This document shows, one piece after another, positions 31,571 to 41,670 of a DNA stretch of 64,000 nt. The DNA lies in assembly GCA_963793425.1 (NCBI GenBank), contig CAWCAG010000007.1:384001-448000 (forward strand), written 5' to 3'. The notes beneath the pieces were generated by a model that had not been told where the DNA came from, did no database searches, and saw only the letters and a list, made by a program, of their open reading frames with translations. The first letter of the stretch is position 1; each line of letters opens with the position of its first letter. The position numbers and the translations under genes are program-made. The DNA comes from an uncultured cyanobacterium (GTDB lineage Bacteria; Cyanobacteriota; Cyanobacteriia; Cyanobacteriales; CAWCAG01).

Positions 31571-32800
31571 ATGTTATTAGACTTACTACTAATTACCGCT
31601 TTAGGATTTTTGGGTAGCTTTGGCCATTGTGCCGGAATGTGTGGCCCTTTGAGTGTAGCATTTTCTCTTTCCCAAAAAGAAAAACAGAGTAATTGGCTTT
31701 CTAGCCTCAGTTTTCATTTTCTACTTAACACTGGCCGTATATTAAGTTATGCTTGCGTTGGGGCAGCATTAGGGACAGTGGGTTCAGTAGCCATCGCTAG
31801 TGGGCAATTAGTTGGTATCGGCAGCGACTTGCGCCAAGCAATAGTCATCTTGACAGGCTTGTTATTAATTTGGTTTGGTTTAGGACAAATTAAACCAGAC
31901 TTCTTACCCAAGTTACCTGTCTTACATCCTTTACAAGGCAGTTTGCATAACAACTTAAGCCGCATCATGGGCAAACTATCGGTGCAAACTCAATGGTGGA
32001 TTCCTGGGTTATTAGGCAGCTTTTGGGGATTAATTCCCTGCGGTTTTTTGTATGCCGCCCAAATCAAAGCGGCACAAACGGGAAATCTGTGGTTAGGGGC
32101 AGCCACAATGCTTTGTTTTGGTTTAGGAACAATGCCAGTAATGCTTGGGGTTGGTATATCAGCATCTCGCCTTAGCGCTTCCCATCGTAGTCAGTTATTT
32201 CGTCTCGGCGGCTGGGTTACTCTCACTATCGGTATTTTAACCCTGTTACGTACTGATGCCATGGTAGATTATACAGGTCATATCTCCTTAGCCTTGTTAA
32301 TCTTGACCCTAATCGCCCGCCCCCTTGGTAAACTTTGGAAACAACCTTTACATTATCGTAGAGCTATTGGTGTCGGGGCTTTTGTGCTGGCGATCGCCCA
32401 TACATCCCACAGTCTCGATCATGCCTTAAACTGGCAATTACAAAACTTTTCTTTCCTGATCCTGCAACACCGTTTAGCTATGATAGCTGGAGTGATAGCT
32501 TTATTCTTAATCATCCCTGCTGCCTGTACTAGTTTCAATTACTGGCAAAAAGTTTTAGGTAAACGTTGGCGACAAATCCATCTTTTAACCGTCCCTGCTT
32601 TAATCTTCGCTACTCTCCACAGCATTTTCCTTGGTTCCCATTACCTAGGAGAATTAAACCTAACCTGGAACAATCAACTCCGCGTCATTGCCATCAGCTT
32701 ACTAACCATCGGCACTTTAGCCTTGCGATCGCACTTTTTTTGGTCACTTTTTTGTCAAGGAAAGCTGTATGTATTTCCCAAAGGTATCAGCCAAAAGTAA
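31571..32800 (+). CDS. DsbD_2/TauE-like membrane protein fused to a ferric-reductase (MsrQ-like) TM domain
   Basis: GSFGHCAGMCGP and GLIPCGFLY; C-terminal YRRAIGV...AHTSH...WRQIHLL...LH. Confidence 0.8.
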   Translation: MLLDLLLITALGFLGSFGHCAGMCGPLSVAFSLSQKEKQSNWLSSLSFHFLLNTGRILSYACVGAALGTVGSVAIASGQLVGIGSDLRQAIVILTGLLLIWFGLGQIKPDFLPKLPVLHPLQGSLHNNLSRIMGKLSVQTQWWIPGLLGSFWGLIPCGFLYAAQIKAAQTGNLWLGAATMLCFGLGTMPVMLGVGISASRLSASHRSQLFRLGGWVTLTIGILTLLRTDAMVDYTGHISLALLILTLIARPLGKLWKQPLHYRRAIGVGAFVLAIAHTSHSLDHALNWQLQNFSFLILQHRLAMIAGVIALFLIIPAACTSFNYWQKVLGKRWRQIHLLTVPALIFATLHSIFLGSHYLGELNLTWNNQLRVIAISLLTIGTLALRSHFFWSLFCQGKLYVFPKGISQK

Positions 32801-32813
32801 ATATACAGATAAA

Positions 32814-33410
32814 TCAAGATGACTTCATCTCTCTAGGATACCTTGCCTTACAAGGAGAACCCCAAGCTACTTGTTGTTGGGGAATGTCGCTGAAAACGCT
32901 GCTACGAGCGCCCACAACAGCGTTTGCACCGATAGTTACTCCAGGCCCCACAAAACAATCTGCGGCTACCCACGCGCCATTACCGATGGCAATGGGAGAA
33001 ACCTGGAGGTTAAAGGCAGGGTCTTGTAAATCATGAGAGCCAGTGCAAAGGTAAGATTCTTGGGAAATAATGCAATGCTGACCGATGCGAATATCATCTA
33101 AGCTATACAAAACCACATCATCACCAATCCAACTATAATCCCCAATTTCTAGCTTCCAAGGATAGGTTATACGAGCCGTAGGGCGTATCGCTACCCCTTC
33201 ACCAATTTTGGCTCCAAACAAACGTAATAACCAGCAGCGAATGCCGTGGGAAGCATGGAGAGTTAAGGGAAAAATAATCCCTTGTACGAACCACCACAGA
33301 AGAATAAACCAACCAGGGCGACCCCGATCATACCAAGATTGATCGTATTTGCGTAGGTCAATTAAAGCTGGCTCATCTAATCGTGGTTTTTGTTTAGACT
33401 TTTGATTCAT
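32814..33410 (-). CDS. hpsU: WcaF-like polysaccharide acetyltransferase (HpsU-type)
   Basis: Hexapeptide repeats; LRLFGAKIG, YPWKLEIG, CTGSHD; N-terminal DLRKYDQSWYDRGRPGW. Confidence 0.8.
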   Translation of the reverse strand: MNQKSKQKPRLDEPALIDLRKYDQSWYDRGRPGWFILLWWFVQGIIFPLTLHASHGIRCWLLRLFGAKIGEGVAIRPTARITYPWKLEIGDYSWIGDDVVLYSLDDIRIGQHCIISQESYLCTGSHDLQDPAFNLQVSPIAIGNGAWVAADCFVGPGVTIGANAVVGARSSVFSDIPQQQVAWGSPCKARYPREMKSS

Positions 33411-34356
33411 CTTTCACCAGTTGTTTAGGCTGGGAAACAGCAGGGGCTGACTTTTTGGCTTTAATTTCTTTAGGGTTCAAGGAGCCGCTAAACTTCATTA
33501 ATTCATACAATTTAACTCCAATTTGGTATTCGTACTGGGCTAAAAGACGACCATAAATATATCCTGGTTTACCATCCAAAAATCCCAAAAAGACGAAATA
33601 GAAGAGAATAAATCTAATTAAGGGTTTGAAAGGAACGTAGCGCACCCACATTTTTTTGAAAAAGCGTTTTCTCTCAGGGCCTTTACCAAAAGCCTTAGCT
33701 TCAATACTGTTACTATCTTGGCCATTAAGAATATTGAAGTAAACCCTTGCTTCCCAGTTAGAATAACGGTTGTGTCGGGCTAACCATTGATAAATATCTC
33801 GAAAATCTTCGTGGAGCATATCTTCATTTAGATAGCCCGTCCTTTCTAAAATTACGTGTTCGTGAACTTCGTTATCTCCGGTGTTACGAATATCTTCGGT
33901 TTTCAGATTCTCATAACGCCCTTTTGCGTGTTTGAATAAACGTAGATTCCAGTCAGGATATTTACCTCCCCAACGAATCCACTTACCCAAGAAAAACACC
34001 CTCCGGTTAAGATAATAACCGTCGAAGTCAGGATTTTTAATTGCTACAGCAATCTCATCCCAAAGTTCAGGAGTAATTCTTTCATCGCAATCAACAATTA
34101 AAATCCATTCGTTGCGAAAAGGTAAATTTTCTAATGACCAATTCTTTTTTTTCGGCCAACTACCGTTGAAATGGAATTGTACAACTTTAGCGCCATAAGC
34201 TTCAGAAATTTCTATAGAACGATCCTCGCTTTGAGAATCGACAACAAAAATTTCATCTGCCCTAACAACGCTTTCTAGACAAGCTGGAAGATTAAGCTCT
34301 TCATTTTTAGCAGGAATTAAAACTGATACTGGAACTGGTGCAGACTTAGAGGTCAT
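33394..34356 (-). CDS. Glycosyltransferase family 2
   Basis: VSVLIPAKNEE, VVDSQSED, DCDE (DxD) and EVHEH. Confidence 0.92.
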   Translation of the reverse strand: MTSKSAPVPVSVLIPAKNEELNLPACLESVVRADEIFVVDSQSEDRSIEISEAYGAKVVQFHFNGSWPKKKNWSLENLPFRNEWILIVDCDERITPELWDEIAVAIKNPDFDGYYLNRRVFFLGKWIRWGGKYPDWNLRLFKHAKGRYENLKTEDIRNTGDNEVHEHVILERTGYLNEDMLHEDFRDIYQWLARHNRYSNWEARVYFNILNGQDSNSIEAKAFGKGPERKRFFKKMWVRYVPFKPLIRFILFYFVFLGFLDGKPGYIYGRLLAQYEYQIGVKLYELMKFSGSLNPKEIKAKKSAPAVSQPKQLVKDESKV

Positions 34357-34400
34357 GGTTTTTCGGTAAGAGGCAGGAAGGGCAAGGGAAAAATCTCTTT

Positions 34401-35066
34401 TTACTCGCTTAATTTGCTGTGCATGATTACAAGGGTTTCTGATAGATCACTAAGGCGAGTTTCTAGCTCCTTTTTGCGACTCAATAACAGCCGGAGTTTT
34501 TGATAACGGGCGATCGCGACGCTAACATTGGGAACTTCATCAGGGGGACAAAGTTTCGACCATGATTGACCACTTTCGTCTAAGCCGCAGAGTCGATATC
34601 CGGGACGAGGGGTTTCATAAGTAATATTGGCATCAAATAGTTCTTCGACATAATCCATTAATCTATCTGTTTCGGCTTTCCGAACTGAAGAAGAGCCTTC
34701 TTCAGCACGACGACTATGGGATTCTAGCCAACCATCAACAATAGGCCCTTCCAAGTAAATATCTTGAATTTGCCTGACAACTCCCTGAAGTTCTTTTTGC
34801 CAACCTTCCACAATGGCTTCAATATCTTTTAACAATGAACTTGCTAAAGCGGGATTGGTGCTGTGGTTATGGCTACTAATCTTAGCGGGCTTGACTTTAG
34901 GCAAAGCAGGCATTTTTAAATCTTGCCTACTTTGAGTATCCCTAAGATCATCTACTGTAATGGTAAAAGATGGTGTTTTCGATGTATCAGAGTTTCCTTT
35001 TGTCGTAAGATTGTTTTGCTCTAACTTATCGAGGGTTGTTTCTATTTGTTTCAATTCTGGTTTCAT
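34401..35066 (-). CDS. Conserved cyanobacterial hypothetical (coiled-coil) protein
   Basis: 221-aa ORF; motifs YLEGPIVDGWLES and YRLCGLD. Confidence 0.7.
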   Translation of the reverse strand: MKPELKQIETTLDKLEQNNLTTKGNSDTSKTPSFTITVDDLRDTQSRQDLKMPALPKVKPAKISSHNHSTNPALASSLLKDIEAIVEGWQKELQGVVRQIQDIYLEGPIVDGWLESHSRRAEEGSSSVRKAETDRLMDYVEELFDANITYETPRPGYRLCGLDESGQSWSKLCPPDEVPNVSVAIARYQKLRLLLSRKKELETRLSDLSETLVIMHSKLSE

Positions 35067-35238
35067 AAACTCTTCTGTGCCAAGAGCGCTCAGTTGACAA
35101 CTGGTGTTTTTCTACTTTACTAAATATATTTGTTATTGATAACTACTGAACAAACTAAGAAAAATAAAAGTTCTCTTATAACTGTTCATGAAAACTGTAG
35201 TGCTATGCCTTTATCCCTAGACATCACTGTTTTAACTT

Positions 35239-35811
35239 GTGAATCTAAAAGAAGCAACAGCAAAAGAAATAATTTTAATTACTGGTCCAGCAAGTTCTGG
35301 TAAAAGTGAGTGGGCAGAAAAACTGGCCCAGCAGAAGAAGCAACCTGTTATCTATGTTGCCACAGGAAGAATAGATTCTAATGATGAAGAATGGCGATTA
35401 CGTATTGCCAAACACGCTTCCCGTCGTCCTCCAGAATGGGAAACAGCTTTAGTTCCCAGAGAATTAGCAGCAAAAATTCGCTCTACATCCCATTCTCAAT
35501 GCTTGTTGGTCGATTCTTTAGGTACTTGGCTAGCTAATATTCTTTCTCAAGAAGAAGAGGTTTGGCAAGAAACAAAAAAAGATTTACTTGAAAGTTTGCA
35601 CCAAACTCCTAGTAACCTAATTTTGGTTGGTGAGGAAACAGGCTGGGGAATTGTTCCTGCTTATCCTCTGGGCAGAACTTTTCGGGATCGTTTAGGTAAT
35701 TTAATTAGAGAAATTGGTGCGATCGCCAATGTGGTTTATCTGGTAACAGGAGGTCATGCTTTGAATCTAACTACTTTAGGTACTCCTTTAGGAGCTAGGG
35801 AGCTAGGGTAA
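35239..35811 (+). CDS. cobU: Adenosylcobinamide kinase / cobinamide-phosphate guanylyltransferase
   Basis: LITGPASSGKSEWAE, RIAKHASRRP, LVDSLGTW, EETGWGIVP and FRDRLG. Confidence 0.93.
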   Translation: MNLKEATAKEIILITGPASSGKSEWAEKLAQQKKQPVIYVATGRIDSNDEEWRLRIAKHASRRPPEWETALVPRELAAKIRSTSHSQCLLVDSLGTWLANILSQEEEVWQETKKDLLESLHQTPSNLILVGEETGWGIVPAYPLGRTFRDRLGNLIREIGAIANVVYLVTGGHALNLTTLGTPLGARELG

Positions 35812-35912
35812 TTGGGGATTGGGTGATGATCTATAACTGCACAGCTTTGCTGTTGTCGTGGGTATCATTGATAAACTAAAGTTAGGTCTATTAAATAAGG
35901 CAATTTTGAGCT

Positions 35913-36329
35913 ATGGCATCGGAAGCAGAAGTTAAACAGTATCTTGCTCATTGGTTTCAATTGGGTAAGAAAGTAATCCTCAATAACGCCCAAGAGAAGC
36001 TTTTACCAAATCCTGTCATCATTGGCGATCACTACTCCCAGGCTTTTGAAGATTGTTGGCGCAAAATTTTGGCTGCCAATCAAAATGATTCTTACCTAGA
36101 AGGTACTGAAGAAACCATCGCTGATTTGCTATCTTTTGGTTGGGAAATATCCTCTTGTGCTAATTGTGAAATGCCTGTCCCAACTAAAAGCTTAGGGGTT
36201 TCATCTTTACCCTGTCCTTGTCAAGATATCCCCAACTGGCCCAGTACAGAAATTCCCCAACCCAGATTACCAGTCAACAGTCAGAAAAGTTTAAGCGGTA
36301 TTAGCCAGCGCCTGAGTAAAATGAAGTAA
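35913..36329 (+). CDS. Conserved cyanobacterial hypothetical protein
   Basis: MASEAEVKQYLAHWFQLGK; CANC and PCPC motifs. Confidence 0.75.
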   Translation: MASEAEVKQYLAHWFQLGKKVILNNAQEKLLPNPVIIGDHYSQAFEDCWRKILAANQNDSYLEGTEETIADLLSFGWEISSCANCEMPVPTKSLGVSSLPCPCQDIPNWPSTEIPQPRLPVNSQKSLSGISQRLSKMK

Positions 36330-36334
36330 CTGAT

Positions 36335-38254
36335 TTAATTATCTACCCAAGGATCAACATCTAAAGGAAGATCCCGATTCGCTTCTGCTACAGAAGCATA
36401 TTGAGGCTTGTCCCACTTGGCTGTAGGAATGGAGGCGATGAGCTTGCGGGTGTATTCCTTTTCTGGGGCGCGGTAAATTTGTTCTGCGGGGGCAATTTCT
36501 TCGATTTGACCTTTGTTCATCACCATGATGCGATCGCTCATGAATTTAACAACGCTTAAGTCATGGGAGATGAAAATATAAGTTAAACGGAATTCTGCTT
36601 GTAGTTCTTTCAATAAGTTCAAGACTTGAGCTTGAATAGAAACATCAAGGGCAGAAACGGATTCGTCACAAATGATAAACTTAGGGTTAAGGGCCAAAGC
36701 CCGGGCGATACAAACCCTTTGGCGTTGTCCTCCAGAAAATTCGTGGGGATAGCGATTAGTCCAAGCGGGGTTTAAACCTACCCTGTCTAATAGGTAAGCG
36801 ACTCTTTCTTGACGCTGACGCTTATTTTGACCCCAATTATGTATAGTCAGGGGTTCTAAAATGGTTTTACCAATATTGCGACGAGGATTCAAGGAGTTAT
36901 AGGGATTTTGAAAAACAATTTGTAGATCACTTCTTAAACGGCGCAAACTTTTTCCTTTTAAATTGGTTATATCTCGCCCTTCAAAAATAATCTGCCCTTG
37001 CATTTCTTTATTTAAACGTAGCAGGGTACGAGCTAAAGTAGATTTGCCGCAACCAGATTCTCCTACTAATCCCAAGGTTTCACCAGGGTAGACAGCAAAA
37101 GAAACTCCGTTAACAGCTATGAAATAGCGTTTTGTTTGCCCTAAAACTCCTTTCAAAGGGAAACCTACATGGAGATTTTTTACTTCTAATAAAGGAGGAG
37201 AGGAAGAAGAAGACGAGTCGGCAATTCCTTGACTACCATTGTTAACTAGCTTCGGTTCAACCGGAAGAGCTGTCGTTTTTTCAATAATGAGCAATTCCCC
37301 GTTGCTATCTTGAGATACATCCATAAAATCGGAGACGGTGGGTAATTGTTCTGCTTGACTATCTAAACTGGGGCGACAAGCCAATAAACCTTTAGTGTAG
37401 GGATGGTTAGGGCGGACAAAAATATTTTCTACTGTTCCTTCTTCCACAATCTTCCCTTGGTACATCACTGCTACATGATCAGCAATTTCAGCGATAACTC
37501 CTAAGTCATGGGTAATGAAAATCATTGACATACCACGGGCGGAACATAATTCTCGCAACAAATCTAGGATAGTTGCTTGTACAGTAACATCTAGGGCGGT
37601 GGTAGGTTCGTCAGCAATTAATAAGGTAGGATTGCAAGCAATAGCCATAGCAATCATCACCCTTTGTAATTGCCCTCCTGAGAGTTCGTGGGGATAGCGT
37701 TTGAGGATAGCCCGTTTGCGTTCGTTAATATACTCATTAATGGCGCGTTCACTATTTGTGGGGCCATATTCTGCCAGATAACTTTCCCGAAACTTTTCGT
37801 CACGGGGAAGTAATTTAACCTCTTGAAGGCTGGCGATCGCTTGTCGTCTTGCTTCAACAGGAGAAACATTTTGATGTAAGAGAATAGCTTCTGTGATTTG
37901 AAAACCGATGTTATATACTGGATTTAGAGAACTCATGGGTTCTTGGAAAATCATCGCTATTTCCTTGCCCCGGTAATTCCTTCTTTGTTCCTCTTTCAAT
38001 GTTTCCAGGTTAACAGCAGGAGTATCTGCCGAGGAAGTAAACCAAATTTCTCCCCCTGCAATAATTCCCGGCTTAGGAACCAAACCCATAACCCCTAAAG
38101 ATGTAACAGATTTACCTGAACCAGATTCTCCGACAATACCTAAAGTTTTTCCCCTAGTTAGCTGAAAATCAATGCCATCTACTGCCGAAACAACTCTACC
38201 TTGACTAATAAATTGAACTTTTAGGTTGCGAACATCTAAAACAGTATCAGTCAT
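36335..38254 (-). CDS. Peptide/nickel ABC transporter ATP-binding protein (fused double ATPase)
   Basis: Two Walker A motifs (GESGSGKS, GESGCGKS), two YPHE(L/F)SGGQ signatures, and HPYT tails. Confidence 0.95.
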   Translation of the reverse strand: MTDTVLDVRNLKVQFISQGRVVSAVDGIDFQLTRGKTLGIVGESGSGKSVTSLGVMGLVPKPGIIAGGEIWFTSSADTPAVNLETLKEEQRRNYRGKEIAMIFQEPMSSLNPVYNIGFQITEAILLHQNVSPVEARRQAIASLQEVKLLPRDEKFRESYLAEYGPTNSERAINEYINERKRAILKRYPHELSGGQLQRVMIAMAIACNPTLLIADEPTTALDVTVQATILDLLRELCSARGMSMIFITHDLGVIAEIADHVAVMYQGKIVEEGTVENIFVRPNHPYTKGLLACRPSLDSQAEQLPTVSDFMDVSQDSNGELLIIEKTTALPVEPKLVNNGSQGIADSSSSSSPPLLEVKNLHVGFPLKGVLGQTKRYFIAVNGVSFAVYPGETLGLVGESGCGKSTLARTLLRLNKEMQGQIIFEGRDITNLKGKSLRRLRSDLQIVFQNPYNSLNPRRNIGKTILEPLTIHNWGQNKRQRQERVAYLLDRVGLNPAWTNRYPHEFSGGQRQRVCIARALALNPKFIICDESVSALDVSIQAQVLNLLKELQAEFRLTYIFISHDLSVVKFMSDRIMVMNKGQIEEIAPAEQIYRAPEKEYTRKLIASIPTAKWDKPQYASVAEANRDLPLDVDPWVDN

Positions 38255-38321
38255 AGCTTTGGCAGTTAGTAGGTTATTAAGTTTAGTTTAAGAGAAGTAG
38301 CCGATAATTTCGCATTTTCTC

Positions 38322-39227
38322 TTACTTTTGCTGTATTAAAGCAGAACCAACAGGACAAATAATTTTTCCTTCAGTATCGAGGGTATCTAAATCTATAACA
38401 GGGGGAGTAAGGGAAGGTTCGTCTGTCCGACAGATTCCCATGACAATCGCTTCTTCTTCAGTAACAAAAATAGCGCCAGTATAGCTAGGAAGCTCTGCTT
38501 CAGTAGGTGTAGCGGTTATGAAAACTTTTTTAGCCTCATCTGTGGGAGAGTTAATATCATAGCGATAGAACTGACTTTCTAAGGTTGCCACAATACCCAT
38601 TTCTTCCAGGTTGGTGGCAAACTTACCTTTTTCTTTAAAATAACTCTGTTGGGCTAATCCTAAAATATTGATGTATTGTACAGCAATGCTAGGTTGAGTT
38701 GCACTCTCAAACTCTTCTGGGGCAATAAGTTCAATATTTTCCGGTAATTCAATGCGAGTAGAAATCTTCTCAAATAAAAGTGCTTCTGAGGTGAATTTTT
38801 CGGGGCGATTTTCTCCAGGAGAAGTGTTTTCAATGCGTAATTGCTTTTCACCTGCCAACTCAAATATTGTGAAACTTGTATCTTGCTCACTAAAAGAAAT
38901 ATCTAATTGGTAAGGTTTTGTGTTTCCATTAATTCGATAACTGGCTTCAAGAGCAACATTCTTCTCTCCTTCTGCAAAAATCAGGAATAATTTGCCTCTA
39001 GGGGCAAAAATCATGATTAGGGTTTCGTCAGTATCTAAATCTTGAGTTTGCCATTCTCCCAATAATTCTTGTATTACAGCCTTTGTTTCTTTCGCTTCCG
39101 CCTCAGCTTGATTTTGGCGAAAAGGAGGTTGGGCAACAACGGGGGAAATATTACTAATCCCTAATACTAAACAACCCACTAAAGTTAATTTTCGAGATAA
39201 TTCCAGCATTCTTATACTATTGAGCAT
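38322..39227 (-). CDS. Secreted protein with a C-terminal type IV pilin-like G/H domain
   Basis: Sec-type signal peptide. The C-terminal region (QYINILGLAQQSYFKEKGKFA...YRYDI...SYTGAIF...IC...CPVGS) is typical of the cyanobacterial Pilin_GH family. Confidence 0.75.
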   Translation of the reverse strand: MLNSIRMLELSRKLTLVGCLVLGISNISPVVAQPPFRQNQAEAEAKETKAVIQELLGEWQTQDLDTDETLIMIFAPRGKLFLIFAEGEKNVALEASYRINGNTKPYQLDISFSEQDTSFTIFELAGEKQLRIENTSPGENRPEKFTSEALLFEKISTRIELPENIELIAPEEFESATQPSIAVQYINILGLAQQSYFKEKGKFATNLEEMGIVATLESQFYRYDINSPTDEAKKVFITATPTEAELPSYTGAIFVTEEEAIVMGICRTDEPSLTPPVIDLDTLDTEGKIICPVGSALIQQK

Positions 39228-39277
39228 TTATTTATTAAATATTAAACATTGGTTATTAATAATTAAGCAATTAGCCA

Positions 39278-39835
39278 TTAATAAATAGCTGTTAGCAATT
39301 TTTCCTCCGTACATACAGCATCTAACTTCCCATCCCAAGGTTCAATTGGTAAGCAAGATACATAAGCAAAATCAAAAACAATTCCTACAGTAGGTTTCAA
39401 TTGCCATTCAACTTGACTGAACATTCGGTCATAGAAACCACCACCATAGCCTAAACGGTAGCCTCGCCTATCACAAGCAACTCCAGGAACCAAGATCAAA
39501 TCCACTTCTGCCGGTTTGAGAACCGGTGAATATGGCTCAGGCTCTTGAATGCCATAAATCCCTTGTATTAACCTTTGTTGAGGCTTCCAGAGATGCCAGG
39601 AAAGAGATTTAGCAACACATCTAGGGAATCCCCATCTTTGTTTGTTGTTGAATAACGAACTCAAATCTGGTTCTTGACGAAAGCTAAAATAAGCCAGAAT
39701 AGTTCTCGCTTGCTTAAACTGAGGCCAAGCTTGGAGATGAACACATAAACTATCACTGTTTTTTCGCCAAACATCTTTAGGCAGCGATCGCCTCTTAGCA
39801 ATTAATTCCCGTCGTAGGACAGCTTTTTCTTTCAT
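39278..39835 (-). CDS. 5-formyltetrahydrofolate cyclo-ligase
   Basis: YGIQEP and DLILVPGVACDRRGYRLGYGGGFYDR. Confidence 0.93.
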   Translation of the reverse strand: MKEKAVLRRELIAKRRSLPKDVWRKNSDSLCVHLQAWPQFKQARTILAYFSFRQEPDLSSLFNNKQRWGFPRCVAKSLSWHLWKPQQRLIQGIYGIQEPEPYSPVLKPAEVDLILVPGVACDRRGYRLGYGGGFYDRMFSQVEWQLKPTVGIVFDFAYVSCLPIEPWDGKLDAVCTEEKLLTAIY

Positions 39836-40770
39836 TTGCCTTGTTGGTTGGCCAAATTTTCCTGTTCAATTCTCTCCAAAGCCAGCAACTCTTCTCTTCT
39901 CCTTCTTTTTTCTCTCATTTCTTCTCCTACAGTAGCGTTTAACTGATCACCAATCAGCATAATCAAAGCGCTCAAATAAAGCCATAACATCAAAATAATC
40001 ACTGCCCCCACCGCACCATAAATTTTGTTGTAGTTACCAAAATTAGTCACATACAAGCGAAATAAACTAGAAACTCCAGCCCAAGAAAAAGCTGCTAGAA
40101 TCGCGCCGGGAAAAATAGGAGTACCTTTGATCCAACGACTGGGGCCAAAACGATAAATAAAAGCAAAGGCGATCGCTACAATCATTAAACCAAGGGGTTG
40201 GTTCAAATACCCCCAAAAAATTAATAATAAAGAAGCTCCCGTTGTCTTCACCGCTAAGTCGATAATCGTATCGCTAATTAAAACTAGAAAAGAGGCAATT
40301 AGCAACAAAAAAATTGTCCCAACAGTAAGTAAAAGGGAAATAATTTTTGCTTTCCAAAAAGGCCTTCTTTGCTTAGAAGGGACTTGGTGAATCAGATCCA
40401 GAGCATTCATAGCTGCACTTAAAGCACCGGAAGAAATCCAAATAGCAGCAGCAAAACTAACCGAAAACCAACTTCTACCCTTGTCTAATTTAACTCCTTC
40501 AACAAAATCATTGAGCAATTGCCAGACTTGGTAAGGAGCCATGATTTCTAGCTGATTGGTGAGATTATAAAGAGTTGATTGTAAAGACTCTTCAAACATC
40601 CCTAAAGCTGTCAGCATTGCCAAGATTGCCGGAAATAAAGCTAACATTGCACCATAGGCAATTTCAGCAGACAACCCCGTCAAACGCCTTTTGAAGGCGC
40701 GAACAATGGTTTTTCGTAAGGTTGCCCAAGTAAGATGACGAAAAAAGCTGAAGAAACGGGAGACTCCCAT
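39832..40770 (-). CDS. YihY/BrkB-family membrane protein
   Basis: SAEIAY...LALFP, AAMNALD, YRFGP and YNKIYGAVGAVIILMLWLY. Confidence 0.92.
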   Translation of the reverse strand: MGVSRFFSFFRHLTWATLRKTIVRAFKRRLTGLSAEIAYGAMLALFPAILAMLTALGMFEESLQSTLYNLTNQLEIMAPYQVWQLLNDFVEGVKLDKGRSWFSVSFAAAIWISSGALSAAMNALDLIHQVPSKQRRPFWKAKIISLLLTVGTIFLLLIASFLVLISDTIIDLAVKTTGASLLLIFWGYLNQPLGLMIVAIAFAFIYRFGPSRWIKGTPIFPGAILAAFSWAGVSSLFRLYVTNFGNYNKIYGAVGAVIILMLWLYLSALIMLIGDQLNATVGEEMREKRRRREELLALERIEQENLANQQGK

Positions 40771-40875
40771 ATTGTCAGATTTTGGCGATAATGTTCATAT
40801 GCTAATTTGCCCTATGTCAGAAAGAATGACACTTGATATCCTCCCACCGATAAATCGGGGGATTCCCAACAGCCA

Positions 40876-41196
40876 TCAAGCTACTGGGGTGGTACTCACT
40901 TCACAGACAGTAGCTTCAGAGTTTTTCTGAAGTCTGACACCATCTCCATGAGGGCTGTTGTGTCCCAGCCCAATGATTCTCATTCCTTCTTGTCTAATAT
41001 TCTTCGCAGCATTTTCGTCTCTCAAAAGCTTTGTTTGACAAGACTCGCAAGTCCATTCTCTTTCTTTTAGCTGCAACTGTTCATACTGCAAACTCAATGC
41101 TTTATTCCACCAGGATCTAGCACAGCCAAATTGCCTAGCCAGTGACTGTTTTTGCTCTGTTGTGGGGTAAATTCTTACCTTGATTGCTCGTCTCAT
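40876..41196 (-). pseudogene. tnpB: Internally deleted TnpB (N-terminal HTH fused in frame to the C-terminal zinc-ribbon half)
   Basis: MRRAIKVRIYPTTEQ...FGCARSWWNKAL is joined directly to LKEREWTCESC...RDENAAKNI; only 106 aa. Confidence 0.85.
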
Positions 41197-41238
41197 GGCT
41201 ATAATTATAACATCTCATTGCTATGTATAACTATCTTC

Positions 41239-41670
41239 ATGAAAATCAGATATAACAGAGCTTATAGAGGGGTGTACAATCTCACCGCTCACTTTGTTTT
41301 TGTCACTAAATACCGTAAATCTATATTTAATGACAGCTTCGTCAAGGAACTTGAAGAAATATTTCAATCTGTTTTGAAAACTAGAGAGTGCGAATTATTA
41401 GAGTTTAATGGCGAATCAGACCATGTTCATTGCCTGATTAGTTACAAACCCAGTCTTTCTGTATCTAATCTAGTTGCCAATCTCAAGGCAACATCTAGTA
41501 AGACTTTGTGGCGCAATCATCCAGAATATCTTGAGAAACAATATTGGGGAAAAAGAGTTTTGTGGACTGGCAGCTATTTCGTGGCTTCTTGCGGCGGTGT
41601 TACCATTGAGCAACTACGCAAATACGTCGAACAGCAAGACAGACCCTTACCCCATAATCTCTGTCCGTAA
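41239..41670 (+). CDS. tnpA: IS200/IS605 Y1 transposase TnpA
   Basis: HFVFVTKYR, HUH motif DHVH, LWTGSYF, and catalytic Tyr in KYVEQQ. Confidence 0.95.
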   Translation: MKIRYNRAYRGVYNLTAHFVFVTKYRKSIFNDSFVKELEEIFQSVLKTRECELLEFNGESDHVHCLISYKPSLSVSNLVANLKATSSKTLWRNHPEYLEKQYWGKRVLWTGSYFVASCGGVTIEQLRKYVEQQDRPLPHNLCP

